Source: Octopus sinensis (lineage: Eukaryota). Taken from it: a DNA stretch of 64,000 nt. The notes beneath the pieces are model-generated. The model made no database searches. It was not told the DNA's origin and was given only the letters and a program-made list of their open reading frames with translations. The position numbers and the translations under genes were made by a program. The stretch covers positions 49,104,001 to 49,168,000 of the forward strand of contig NC_043015.1 of assembly GCF_006345805.1 (NCBI RefSeq). The letters are read 5' to 3'. The first letter of the stretch is position 1, and each line of letters begins with the position of its first letter. Below are positions 14,100-25,004 of this stretch, piece after piece.

Positions 14100-14740
14100 A
14101 TTGAGAACAAAGAACAATAAGAATATGTTTTGCTGTATCTTGGGAGAATCATTATGTCAGGAATTTACATCACCGGTCTGGAACCCCTATCTTGCCCAGG
14201 ATATTAATTTTCTGGAAGCCGTTCAGCAACGTGCAACCAAAAGAATACCCTCCATCAGGCATTTGCCATATTCTGAATGCCTTACTTCCCTGGGCATGGA
14301 CACATTGAAACTCCGACGTCTGGCAGCTGACTTGGCAGACACCCATAAAATTATTAACCATCTTAGTAACAATAACTCTGAGCACCTTTTCAAACTCTAC
14401 CTGTCTAACACCTGTGGACATGTTTACAAAGTCAGGAAATAGCACAGCTCCCATAACTTTAGGAAACATTTTTTCATGCTGAGAGTTGCTGAAGCATGGA
14501 ACAAACTGCCGCATTCAGTTGTTAGTTGTTGGAGCACTGCATCCTTCAAAACTTCCATGCTTTCTGAGATCCGCCAACACTACACCTGATTTTCTCCCCT
14601 CCATACACACGCAAGCATATATCTGACTCATACACTGTTCACTTTCCAGACATTTGTACATTACTGCGTATACTTTATACGCACTTTCTGACAAGTTGTG
14701 GTGCACCTGAGCACTGTATACAATAATTTCATTATTATTA
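14100..14740 (+). mobile_element. CR1/L2-like LINE 3' fragment
   Basis: PVWNPYLAQDINFLEAVQQRATKRI...LRRLAADL; 3' end shared with 61420-61603. Confidence 0.85.
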
Positions 14741-15319
14741 TAAATATGCGCAGTAGTTTGTATTTCACTTCTCTGTTATTTATTTGTTTGTCGGTTAATT
14801 ATCTAGCCATTTAATTAACTGACTGTTTGATAAATCATTCAGTAATCAGTCAATGACTTTGATAAACCTAACTGATTCTTTGATTGATTGGATGATTAAT
14901 CAAACAATCAATTAATTAATTGGCTAAATAGTTAAGCAATTGACAAATAGATTATAGAGAAGTGAAATAAAACCAGTGTGTGTGTTTGTTATCAGCATAA
15001 TAACCCTCCCTAGATAGAACAAAATATGTTTCAACACATAAGCTCACATACTGATCGTTTCTACTAAAGGCACAAGGCTTGAAATTTCAGGGTGGTGGTG
15101 GGGAAACTAGTCGACTACATTGACCCCAATATTTTACTGGTACCTATTTCATCGACCCCTGAAAGGATGATGGGCAGAATTTGAACTCAAAACGTAAGGA
15201 CAGACAAAATGCCACTAAGCATTTTGCCTGGCATGTTAACGATTCTGCCAGCTCATGGCCTTCATAATAATAATAATGATGATAATAATAATAATAATCA
15301 TAATCATAATAATAATAAT

Positions 15320-15720
15320 AACAAGATTAGTAATTATAAAAACCTGCTAATAGAAATTGAAAAAATGTGGCATCTCAAGGCGACTACAGTACCAGTGATT
15401 GTAGGATCTCTAGGAATGATAAAAAAAAAGGTACTGAAACCTATTTGAAAATGATTCCAGGCTTACCATCCCTACAGGAAGTGCAAAAAATCGTATTAAC
15501 TGGAACGGCTCATGTACTGAGAAGAGCACTCGCTGTGAAAATAACATCCATCCATGAATTTATTTATTTATTAATTTTTAAATACATATTCTATCTGTGA
15601 ATTTGCGCGTGTAATCTGGGAATGCATACAATGCCCTTCTCTGCCCTAGGGAGTATGGAAAACACTCGACCAGAAACGGAAGAAAATTTGAAGAAAGAAG
15701 GAAAAAAACAATAAAAATAA
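15320..15720 (+). mobile_element. R4/Dong-like (restriction-like endonuclease) non-LTR 3' fragment
   Basis: KISNYKNLLIEIEKMWHLKATTVPVIVGSLG, typical RLE-domain tail; (AAT)n on both sides. Confidence 0.65.
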
Positions 15721-16066
15721 TAATAATAATAATAACAACAACAACAACAATAATAATAATAATCACATACTAAGAACACATACTGAGAATGTTGCAATTA
15801 ATCAGGAAGGGAAGCTCAATTCTTTAGCAATTATATCAATAACGAACTTTGGAGGCTGATTATGTTTGTGGGCTGTCAAAATAGAAGCAATATCAAGTTA
15901 CAGTTCTTCATTTCTTGGAGATTTCTCACAAGATTTGTGAATGACTGACTGTTATTACCTTTTTTTTCTGTAGGAGGAGAAATATGGCCATATTAAATTT
16001 CTTGTACTTGTTTTAGACATTGGACTGTGGCCATTCTGGAGTAACAGCTCAAAGAGTTTTTGTATA

Positions 16067-16478
16067 GGCGCAGGAGTGGCTGTGTGGTAAGCAGCTTGCT
16101 TACCAACCACATGGTTCTGGGTTCAGTCCCACTGCATGGCACCTTGGGCAAGTGTCTTCTACTATAGCCTCGGGCCGACCAAAGCCTTGTGAGTGGATTT
16201 TTGTAGACGGAAACTGAAAGAAGCCCATCATGTATATGTATATATATGTATGTGTGTATTTGTGTCTGTGTTTGTCCCCACCAACATCGCTTGACAACTG
16301 ATGCTGGTGTGTTTACGTCCCTGTAACTTAGAAGTTCTGCAAAAGAGACCTATAGAATAAGTACTAGGCTTCCAAAGAATAAGTCCTGGGGGTGATTCGC
16401 TCGACTAAAGGTGGTGCTCCAGCATGGCCGCAGTCAAATGACTGAAACAAATAAAAGAGTAAATAGAATAAAAGAGAG
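16067..16478 (+). mobile_element. SINE family A
   Basis: Full-length match. Confidence 0.9.
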
Positions 16479-16484
16479 TAATAT

Positions 16485-16513
<29 letters not shown>

Positions 16514-16520
<7 letters not shown>

Positions 16521-16720
16521 TAATCCAAACATGAAAACACAAAGAGAAAACACAATGCGAGAAAGTGGAACAAATATAGTATTATTGGACGCTCAGGAAG
16601 GAAGGGAAGAAGGAGGGTTTAATGTTTCGAACGGAGCTCTTCGTCAGAAACATAGGAAAAGGAAAGATCCAGAGAAGGGAAGACGGAGAAAAAAATCACC
16701 AACGGTACACACGCGGTCAC
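16514..16720 (-). mobile_element. Penelope-like element terminal (pLTR-type) fragment
   Basis: Homologous over about 190 nt to 51840-52037; carries a hammerhead; ends ...ggattaact next to (TA)n. Confidence 0.6.
16617..16651 (-). ncRNA. Decayed hammerhead, same family as 51897-51931
   Basis: GUUU-CUGACGA-A-GAGC(UCC)GUUC-GAA-ACAU-U/AAAC; G16.2 to A breaks stem III. Confidence 0.55.
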
Positions 16721-16731
16721 ATATATATATA

Positions 16732-16785
<54 letters not shown>

Positions 16786-16964
16786 CCGGAGTAAACACAT
16801 AAATGTAAAACAAGGTGGAAAAAAGAGTACTCAAATACCAGTGGTAGTGTAATATGCTTTATTTAAAGCAGCAGAAAATTCAACAAAACCTGTTACTCTG
16901 AGTTTTGGGAACATGAACCTCAGAGTAACAGGTTTTGTTGAATTTTCTGCTGCTTTAAATAAAG
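16786..16964 (-). mobile_element. Penelope-like terminal repeat with partial inverted copy
   Basis: Same family as 18958-19169; 46-bp perfect inverted arms 16857-16902/16919-16964. Confidence 0.55.
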
Positions 16965-16975
16965 TAAATATACAT

Positions 16976-17036
<61 letters not shown>

Positions 17037-17698
17037 TATATATATTAAAAGTAATTAAGTTTATGTCTGGTCATAGCCTCGGGGACAACTCATCAGATTC
17101 TAAGGCTTTTGTGGATGTGAATCCTTTGGTCTCTCCACGACCGGACATAAACTTAATTACTTTTAATACATTACTGCTCTGTGCTTTAGATTGGGCTTCT
17201 ATTTCGGATATATAATACATACATACGTACTTACACCCTTCATTGTTAGTAGTAATTGCTGAGACATAGAATGATGTTGTAAGAACAGAATTAGAGCTAA
17301 AGAGAATTATAGGGTGTTGTCTCAGAGTTGCTTTCTCCCTCTGACCAAGGTTGGTCAGCCAGACCTCGTTGAGTTGTCACCGGTTGGTGACTAACTGATT
17401 TTTGCTTGGGATGTGCTTGCTTATATTAAGATCCAGAAGGATAGATATATCGTTGAGAACAATAGATTTAGTTGGTGGTCTCCTTATCTATTCTAGCTTA
17501 TGGTGAAGTAGAAGAGATTAGAAAGGGTCAAGTAGTGAAGCTGTTGTTTCGTTGTTTTGGCCTAGCTAATGGCATCTGGGAAATGTAAAACTGCTGTCAG
17601 AGAAAAACTATTGTTCCATCGTGGGAAAAGTTCTGTAACAGTGTTGATTTAAATTTGGCTATGGTGGATCGAATCCACTTCATTCATGCAAGATTCGC

Positions 17699-17733
<35 letters not shown>

Positions 17734-17991
17734 GAAAAAAGGTGTTCAGAATGCTGGATGGTTGTAAAAATATATATTTACTCTTTTACTCTTTTACTTG
17801 TTTCAGTCATTTAACTGCGGCCATGCTGGAGCACCGCCTTTAGTCGAGCAAATCGACCCCGGGACTTATTCTTTGTAAGCCCAGTACTTATTCTATCGGT
17901 CTCTTTTTGCCGAACCGCTAAGTGACGGGGACGTAAACACACCAGCATCGGTTGTCAAGCAATTTACATATCACATATTATTTCTTCATAT

Positions 17992-18030
17992 TAGCGCTTT
18001 CAACTACTCCTGTAGTTTCATCAGGAAATG
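17992..18030 (-). ncRNA. Hammerhead core lacking a clear stem I partner
   Basis: CUGAUGA-AACUAC(AGGA)GUAGUU-GAA-AGCGCU-A: perfect 6-bp stem II and palindromic stem III; downstream sequence does not pair directly with upstream CAUUUC. Confidence 0.6.
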
Positions 18031-18117
18031 TCAGTTTACCATTTCCCCATTTCCATTCTGTCTCCTTCTCTAAATTGTATTATCATTTTATTTTCAACGT
18101 AATTAATTCATATTAGA

Positions 18118-18497
18118 TTAGCAGTATCGCCCGGCGTTGCTCGGGTTTGTAAGGGAAATAACTATATAAGCATTTTTAGAGAATTATAGCAAAAAAATGC
18201 ATTAAAAATGGAAAAAAAAATTATGGTAAAATTTTTTTTAAATCGTTGACTCATCGTAGACATTTTTAGAGAGTTACTTCCCTTATATAATAGCGAAAAA
18301 ATGCATTAAATGGAAAAAAATGATGGTAAATTTTTTTTTAAATCGTAGACTCATCGTAGACGCGCGCTAATACCCAGAAGGGCTCGATATGAATCACGAC
18401 TATAAGATACCCGGTTTTGGTTAAACTGCACCGCAAAATGTGGGAGTAGTTAGGAATCTAAATCGTAGGAGACAGACACACAACCTTACTTTTATAT
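18118..18497 (-). mobile_element. Non-autonomous Helitron-like element
   Basis: 3' CCCGAGCAACGCCGGG hairpin + CTAA; same family as 57457 and 62745; 5' end interrupted by a MITE. Confidence 0.8.
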
Positions 18498-18930
18498 GGC
18501 GATCTTTCGTCTCTCGTAGACCTTTTCGTCGATTTCCGTAAAAAAATTTTTTTTTTTACATATGGGCTTGCGGGAACTTTTGAAGTAATATACATACATA
18601 TACACATACACCGAGTAAAAAATTTCAGTTATCTCTCTCTTTCACACATTACTCTCTCTGTCTCTTCACACACACTAACAGAAGCACTTCACTTACACAA
18701 CATACTGTCTGTCTCCCACACCCCATCAAACACACACACACACACACACACACACCTGTACATCAATGCTTGCCATGCACGGTAACTTCAAAAGAACTTC
18801 CCTCGTCATACAATCGCTTTCTCTTAGTCTCTTTCGCTCTCATTACTTCAAAAGTTCCCATATGTAAAAAAAAAAAAGAAGTTTTTTTACGGAAATCGAC
18901 GGAAAGGTCTACTAGAGACGAAAGATTGCC
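18498..18930. mobile_element. Mutator-like MITE
   Basis: About 90-bp TIRs (GGCGATCTTTCG.../...CGAAAGATTGCC) flanked by a 9-bp direct repeat CTTTTATAT (18489-18497, 18931-18939). Confidence 0.8.
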
Positions 18931-18957
18931 CTTTTATATATATATATATATATATAC

Positions 18958-19169
18958 TTTATTTAAAGCAGCAGAAAATTCAACAAAATCTGTTACTCTG
19001 AGTTTCTCGTTGCCGTTCATCAGACAGTTTTTGCTAGAACGGCAACGAGAAACTCAGAGTAACAGATTTTGTTGAATTTTCTACTGCTTTAAATAAAACA
19101 TATTACTCTACCACTGGTATTTGAGTACTCTTTTTTCCACCTTGTTTCACATTTATGTGTTTACTCCGG
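18958..19169. mobile_element. Penelope-like terminal repeat pair in inverted orientation
   Basis: 61-bp arms 18958-19018/19037-19097 with one mismatch; hammerhead in the minus copy. Confidence 0.6.
18985..19031 (-). ncRNA. Minimal type I hammerhead ribozyme
   Basis: AAAACUGU-CUGAUGA-ACG(GCAA)CGA-GAA-ACUCAGAGU-A/ACAGAUUUU; only defect is an A.A mismatch closing stem II. Confidence 0.65.
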
Positions 19170-19517
19170 TATATATATATATATATATAAAGATTTCCAG
19201 CTGAGTTTGCAGTTCACCAAATAAAAGTCATTCAGTTATCTGCTCCTTAGTGTGCGGTGGCGGCAGCACTTGTACGTGACGCTAGGCTTGCCGTGAATTT
19301 CTACAACTTAATGACGTGTGTGTCTTTGTGAGAAAGACATCATCATCGTCCACTCGATATATATACACATAATTCCTTGCCTTTTCCCTGTATATATATA
19401 TTGCATTTATATATTTTTACCGATCATCAGGAGAATGCGAAGTTAAAAGAACAACCAATGTACAGCTGAACAGCTATTTCACTTAATTCCTTACACATAT
19501 TTCCTCTCCTCATCTGA

Positions 19518-19745
19518 ATCCGAGAAGCATGCCCGTCGATATCATGTCTAGGTGCGATATACAACCATATATATATATATTCAATCTTATTTATTTAATT
19601 TTAATCCTTTTTGATGTTTTATTTCTCTTTATTGGTCTTATTTATTTGTTTATCATACTTAAGGTTATTCCTCGAAATGTGTAAAATTCTAAAACATCGC
19701 CGTGTGACTCCGAGAAGCATGTCCCTCGGTTATCATGGCTAGGTG

Positions 19746-19803
<58 letters not shown>

Positions 19804-19804
19804 A

Positions 19805-19854
<50 letters not shown>

Positions 19855-19979
19855 TCAGTCTTATTATATATTTTAGTCCTTTTTATGTCTCTTTACTTAC
19901 TTATTATTCTTAAGGTTATCCCTCAAAATGTGTAAAATTCTAAACATTGTCGTGTGACTCCAAGAAGCATGCCTAGGTG

Positions 19980-20058
<79 letters not shown>

Positions 20059-20192
20059 ATACTAAGTAATTAAGGGTTTAGCAACGATTTGCCTCACCAC
20101 ACACCGAATTTAGAAATAGCAGTCAAAGAGTAATGGCTATTCTTTCTACTTAAAAATATATATATATATATACATAATATATATATATATAC

Positions 20193-20226
<34 letters not shown>

Positions 20227-20327
20227 GTCTTATTATTATTTTAGTCCTTTTTATTTCTCTTTACTTACTTATCATTCTTAAGGTTGTCCCTCGAAATGGT
20301 GTAAATTCTAAATATTGTCGTGTGATT
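19518..20327. repeat. Tandem repeat of an about 110-130-bp unit interleaved with variable (TA)n
   Basis: aaggttat(t/c)cctcgaaatgtgtaaaattctaaa...gtgtgactc.gagaagcatg...ctaggtgc recurs 3-4 times. Confidence 0.85.
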
Positions 20328-20373
20328 CAATAACCAATTGGTGAAGTAAAAAACATTTAAATATGCACCAAAC

Positions 20374-20409
<36 letters not shown>

Positions 20410-21139
20410 TATCATTTCTCCTATTTCCCGCATTTGGGGATGAAAAAAAAAAAAATTTGGAGTCCTTAATCTAAAATATTTTCCTAACGTAAAATAAATA
20501 ATTCTGCCTGATATTTGTTAGGGTGCTAATTATTGCTAACTGACATATAAAAAAAAAAAAAACACGTTTCGTCCCCCCCCCTTCTTTCTAATATAACATG
20601 ATGATATCTTCGTTATATAAATATTTTAACTGTTTCAGAAATCTCTTCCCCCCCCCCCCCCAGTTGTAACAATTATAGCGTTGTAAATGTAATTTCAAAA
20701 AATATATTTCAGGTAAATAGTTTCTACATGTCTGTTTTACTTTAAAACGATCTAACTTGCACAGGTGTTAGAGTCCCTGAACAAGGCCTTATACTATACA
20801 TGCATATTGAAAAAAAAAAAAAGCATTCCATCCATGACCATTCCGCTGATTGTGGTGTTTTTTCTTTTGTTGTTGTTGAAGTGTATTATTTTGAGGGGGT
20901 TTTTGAGTGTCATTTCTGACAGTTCGAACGACTATGTTGAAGATTCTCGTTGAAGAAAAAAAAATTAAGTGATGTTTTTTACATTAACTTCCGATGTAAT
21001 CTTAATCCACACCACCTGAAAGGTATTCGTACAAAATTTCATTAAAAAATACCTGTTTTTCTGAAAGTTATGAGGAAACAAAGTCGGTGGGAGGAGAGCG
21101 GGGATACTTGTGTAGGTATGCCTACATATATGCATTGTA

Positions 21140-21176
<37 letters not shown>

Positions 21177-21632
21177 TATATATTATATATATATATATTA
21201 GTGATGTACACACACACACAGCTGGGTACTAGGTGATGGTTTCATGATTATTTTTTTGTCATTTAAGTTTCCCCTCAGCCTCGAGATATTCCAGTGTCTT
21301 CATATTTTAAATATTCTGTTTATTTTTCGTTTGGCGTTATTGAAAATTAAGAAATTTTAGCTGCATCTTCCAGAAATGGACAAATAGAACTAACGAACGG
21401 TTCATATATTTTTTTTGTCAGTGAAAGCTATATTTCAGGCTACATTAATTAACGGTGTGTTAAGTATTTCAGGTGTATAATATTGAAGAAGTTTCTTAAG
21501 TCCCTTTGCGTTCATCAATATTTTTATGTTAACTTATAATCGTTTCATTATCATTAATGAGTTAGGGCCAACCCTAACATTCAACGATAAAACGATATAA
21601 AATATTCAAGGTAAATATAATTTTTCTTCCAG

Positions 21633-21711
21633 TTTGAAGCTTGATGACAATGATGAAGATAATCAAGATAAAAACAGAAATACCTGTAAAATTCCTCTAA
21701 AGAAACATACG
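21633..21711 (+). CDS. EIF4E2: eIF4E2/4EHP internal coding exon (probable exon 2)
   Basis: ttccAG acceptor and GTATGT donor; 1+78 nt gives (x)LKLDDNDEDNQDKNRNTCKIPLKKHT, in frame with the next exon; resembles the acidic LKDDD N-terminus of class II eIF4E. Confidence 0.75.
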
Positions 21712-21773
21712 GTATGTTCAAATTGTTTTCGGATTTAAAAAAAAAAAAATCTTTTTTACTATTTATTTTTCTG

Positions 21774-22075
21774 TGGAGGCGCAATGGCCCAGTGGTTAGG
21801 GCAGCGGACTCGCAGTCGGAAGATCGCGGTTTCGATTCCCAGACCGGGCGTTGTGTGTGTTTATTTGTTTATTGAGCAAAATCACTTAAAGCTCCACTAG
21901 GCTCCGGCAGGGGGTGGTGGCGACCCCTGTTGTACTCTTTCGCCCCAACCTTCTCTCACTCTTTCTTCCTGTTTCTTGGGTAACGCTGCAATGGACTGTT
22001 GTCTGCTCCAGCTGGAGGGAACACATACGCCACAGAAACTGGGTCTATTAGCCTGGCTAGGCTTGAAAAAGGGCA
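21774..22075 (+). mobile_element. tRNA-derived SINE family C
   Basis: GGAGGCGCAATGGCCCAGTGGTTAG...GGTTTCGATTCC head; relatives at about 35403-35625 (+), 44590-44860 (-) and 38290-38675 (-). Confidence 0.8.
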
Positions 22076-22522
22076 CATAAAGAATAAATTTATTTTTCTG
22101 TGGCTGTTTTAGTGATGTAGGAATGTTTATGATGCATTTGATTAAAATTCCACTTCTCCTCTTAAATTGTTCATCCACGACTGATGCTCTAAAAATACAA
22201 AACAAATATATAATGATGCTGCTTCTGTGGGTGACTTTCAGAGAGTGATTGTGATGATGGATGTCTTCATAAGAAGACAGTCGCTGTTGCAACACCTGTA
22301 AGTTCTCTCTGTCTCACACCTATCAAATTGCATCACCTGTTTCTCATCACTGCTTTTTTTTTTTTTGCTCAACATTTTCAAGCTTCGACACAGAATGTAA
22401 ACATTCACACACATATACACAGTGACTCAATGGCTGAGGGTTTCGTGCCTTGGCAATTTATGCACAAAACACTTGGCCCTTTAGTCACTCTAACTTCTGC
22501 CAATTAATAGTGTGTGTGTGTT

Positions 22523-22604
<82 letters not shown>

Positions 22605-22669
22605 TCCTCTATGTAATAGTATATCTTGAAGCACATGCATAAGGCTATAAATAACAGCATGTAGCTAGA

Positions 22670-22895
22670 GCTAGCAGAAACGTTAGCATGCTGGGCGAAA
22701 TGCTTAGCAGTATTTCATTTGCCGTTACGTTCTGAGTTCAAATTCCGCCGAGGTCGACTTTGCCTTTCATCTTTTTGGGGTCGATAAATTAAGTACTAGT
22801 TATGCACTGGGGGTCGATGTAATCGACTTAATCCATTTGTCTGTCCTTGTTTGTCCCCTCTATGTTTAGCCCCTTGTGGGCAATGAAGAAATAAG
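22670..22895 (+). mobile_element. tRNA-derived SINE family B (Nin/Deu-like central domain)
   Basis: B-box GAGTTCAAATT then gaggtcgactttgcctttcatc...ggggtcgataaattaagtac; other copies at about 6060-6450, 13465-13695, 15060-15255, 27205-27380, 46138-46362, 53540-53765, 56760-56930, 61908-62125. Confidence 0.88.
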
Positions 22896-23153
22896 AAACT
22901 GCCTACTACTTCCTAAGGATCCTTGTGGTCATTTGAAGAAATCTGTTTCCTGTCTGGTCTTATTGCTCTTCTTCCACACACAAAATCTGCTTTTCTCTGT
23001 CAACCTTTCTATGATTCCACCGCACCTTATACGTGTCCTCAGCTTGCACTGGGTACTGTATGGACTGTCTACTAACACATTTTCTACATATCAAACAGTC
23101 ATTTTCCTAAAAGGATTTGTGGTTTGCTAGGACTTTGCTAAGTGAAGTTTTAA

Positions 23154-23371
23154 CCCTTTACCATTCAAACTAGCCATACCAGGCCCAAATATTCTGCCTG
23201 TTTTATGTTCAAACTGGCCAGATCTGGCCTCTTACACATGGCCTACAATATCATTCTAAAAATATACAATTACATCATCAAAATTTTAGAGCTACAAAAC
23301 AATGCATGATTAATTCAAAACAATGAATAAAGAAGCATTGCATTTAATAGAGTAATCTGAATGTTAAAGGG
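23154..23371. mobile_element. piggyBac-like MITE
   Basis: TTAA|CCCTTT...AAAGGG|TTAA; relatives near 23495-23720, 52560-52740 and 57160-57370. Confidence 0.7.
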
Positions 23372-23699
23372 TTAAGGCCCTTTGATTCCAGGTGTTGCTT
23401 CCACACCTGCAATTTCTTTTCTAATTCTATTACAGATTTAGCTACAAGCACAAGGTCATCAGTATAGAGGAGCTCCTACAGGCAACCAATCTTAACCCTT
23501 TAGCATTTAAGCTGGCCATGTCAGGTCCAAATATTCTACTTGTTCTATTTTCAAACTGGCTAGATTTGGCCTCTCACACTTACCCTATAATATTATTCTC
23601 TAGAAATAAACAATCATGTCATTGAAATCTCAAAGCTACAAAGTAATGCATGACTAATTCGAAACAATGTGAATAAAAAGGCATTAAATTTGACAGAGA

Positions 23700-23965
23700 A
23701 ATCTGAGTACTAAAGGGTTAGACTCCTCTGTTATGGCCTGGAGGACTGATAAATCAGAAGGGACTGAGAGCTGAGCCCTTGCAAACCCATTGCTGTACTT
23801 ATTGCTAATTCTCGCCTCACTGACAGTTCCTCTGTACATGGACTGTATGGCTATCACCAACCATTCATCTGTCCCTAACTTCCACAGTGACCACCAGATC
23901 AGGGAGTAAGGGACCCTGTCAAAGGCTTTCTCCATGTCAACAAATCCCAAATACAATGGTTTACT
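23700..23965 (-). mobile_element. RTE LINE reverse-transcriptase fragment
   Basis: GFVDMEKAFDRVPYSLIWWSLWKLG. Confidence 0.85.
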
Positions 23966-24835
23966 TTTGTGTTGCTAGAAAGCGGGCCATCACTAGTACT
24001 TCTCTCTGGCACAAAAAATTCAAATTGCATCTCAACTAGGCTAACTTTGTTCCAAATTAATTAAGCCATAAGTCTTTCAGTGACTTTAATGACCAGGTCC
24101 AGCAATTTGATACTCCTCTAATTACTTCCAAGTCATCTCGTTAATTATCTTTGTGGCAGTTGATTCTAATGCTGCTACAGTATCTCCTCAACTCTTAGAT
24201 AAAGGAGTTGAGTGTAATGATTTGGTTGCTGTTGAAAATTTTCTTATCTATGTCATTGTTTGATAATTGTTTTCAGTTTTATTGGCTGTAATCACTATTT
24301 TTAATTATCAATATTGTAATAATAAACAATTGAATTTAGATTTCATTTGTTTTGCTTTTAGTGATAGATAAAATGAGATTTAATGGTAATTTGTGTTTCT
24401 ATTTTTTTTAAACGTTTTATAAAGGGAGGAAATGTGTGAAAGTCTAGTTTCATTTTCAATCTGTGTCTGCATAGGAATTGTTGAACTCATTAGCATTTCA
24501 AACAGGCAATATCTGCTTTCCCTGCTGGCATGGGTTGGACAGTTTACACACATGTACATGCTCTCACATGTGTACACGCATATATACACACTCATGCAAG
24601 TGGCAGACTTCTTTCAGTTTCTGTCTACTAAATGCGCTCACAAGGCTTTGGTCTGGGGTTATAGCAGAAGACACTTGCCTGAAGTGCCATGCTGTGGGGC
24701 TGAACCTAGGACCATGTGGTTGGGAAGCTAACTTCCTATCACATAGCCACACCCCCACTCCACCATTTACATCTTTTATACTCTTGAACTAATGCTTTTT
24801 AAAATTATTATTAACATGTCTTTAAATCATTTCAG

Positions 24836-24958
24836 AAACCTGGTCCTGGAGAACACCAATTGCAGTTCAATTATTCACTTTGGTTTTCACGTCGAACTCA
24901 TGGGAAACAAAATCAAAGTTACGACCAGAATCTCAAATATATCACCACATTTGCCTCA
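24836..24958 (+). CDS. EIF4E2: eIF4E2 coding exon
   Basis: AG/GT bounded, 123 nt: KPGPGEHQLQFNYSLWFSRRTHGKQNQSYDQNLKYITTFAS; Tyr (SYDQN) at the cap-stacking W56 position is the class II signature. Confidence 0.95.
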
Positions 24959-25004
24959 GTATGTAACTCATTTTCTCCTCTTCTAATATTTATCTTACCA
25001 GGAA

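Noticed and set aside
19385-19437. Minus-strand CUGAUGA with possible stem I (UUCUC/GGGAA)
   Set aside because: No GAAA, no stem II and no U16.1; at most a fossil.
20765-20953. 62-aa ORF as EIF4E2 exon 1
   Set aside because: No phase-2 GT donor, no similarity to 4EHP N-termini, and it crosses a poly-A run.
21774-21850. tRNA-like cloverleaf
   Set aside because: It is a SINE head that continues into the SINE body, lacks a proper acceptor stem and has dispersed copies.
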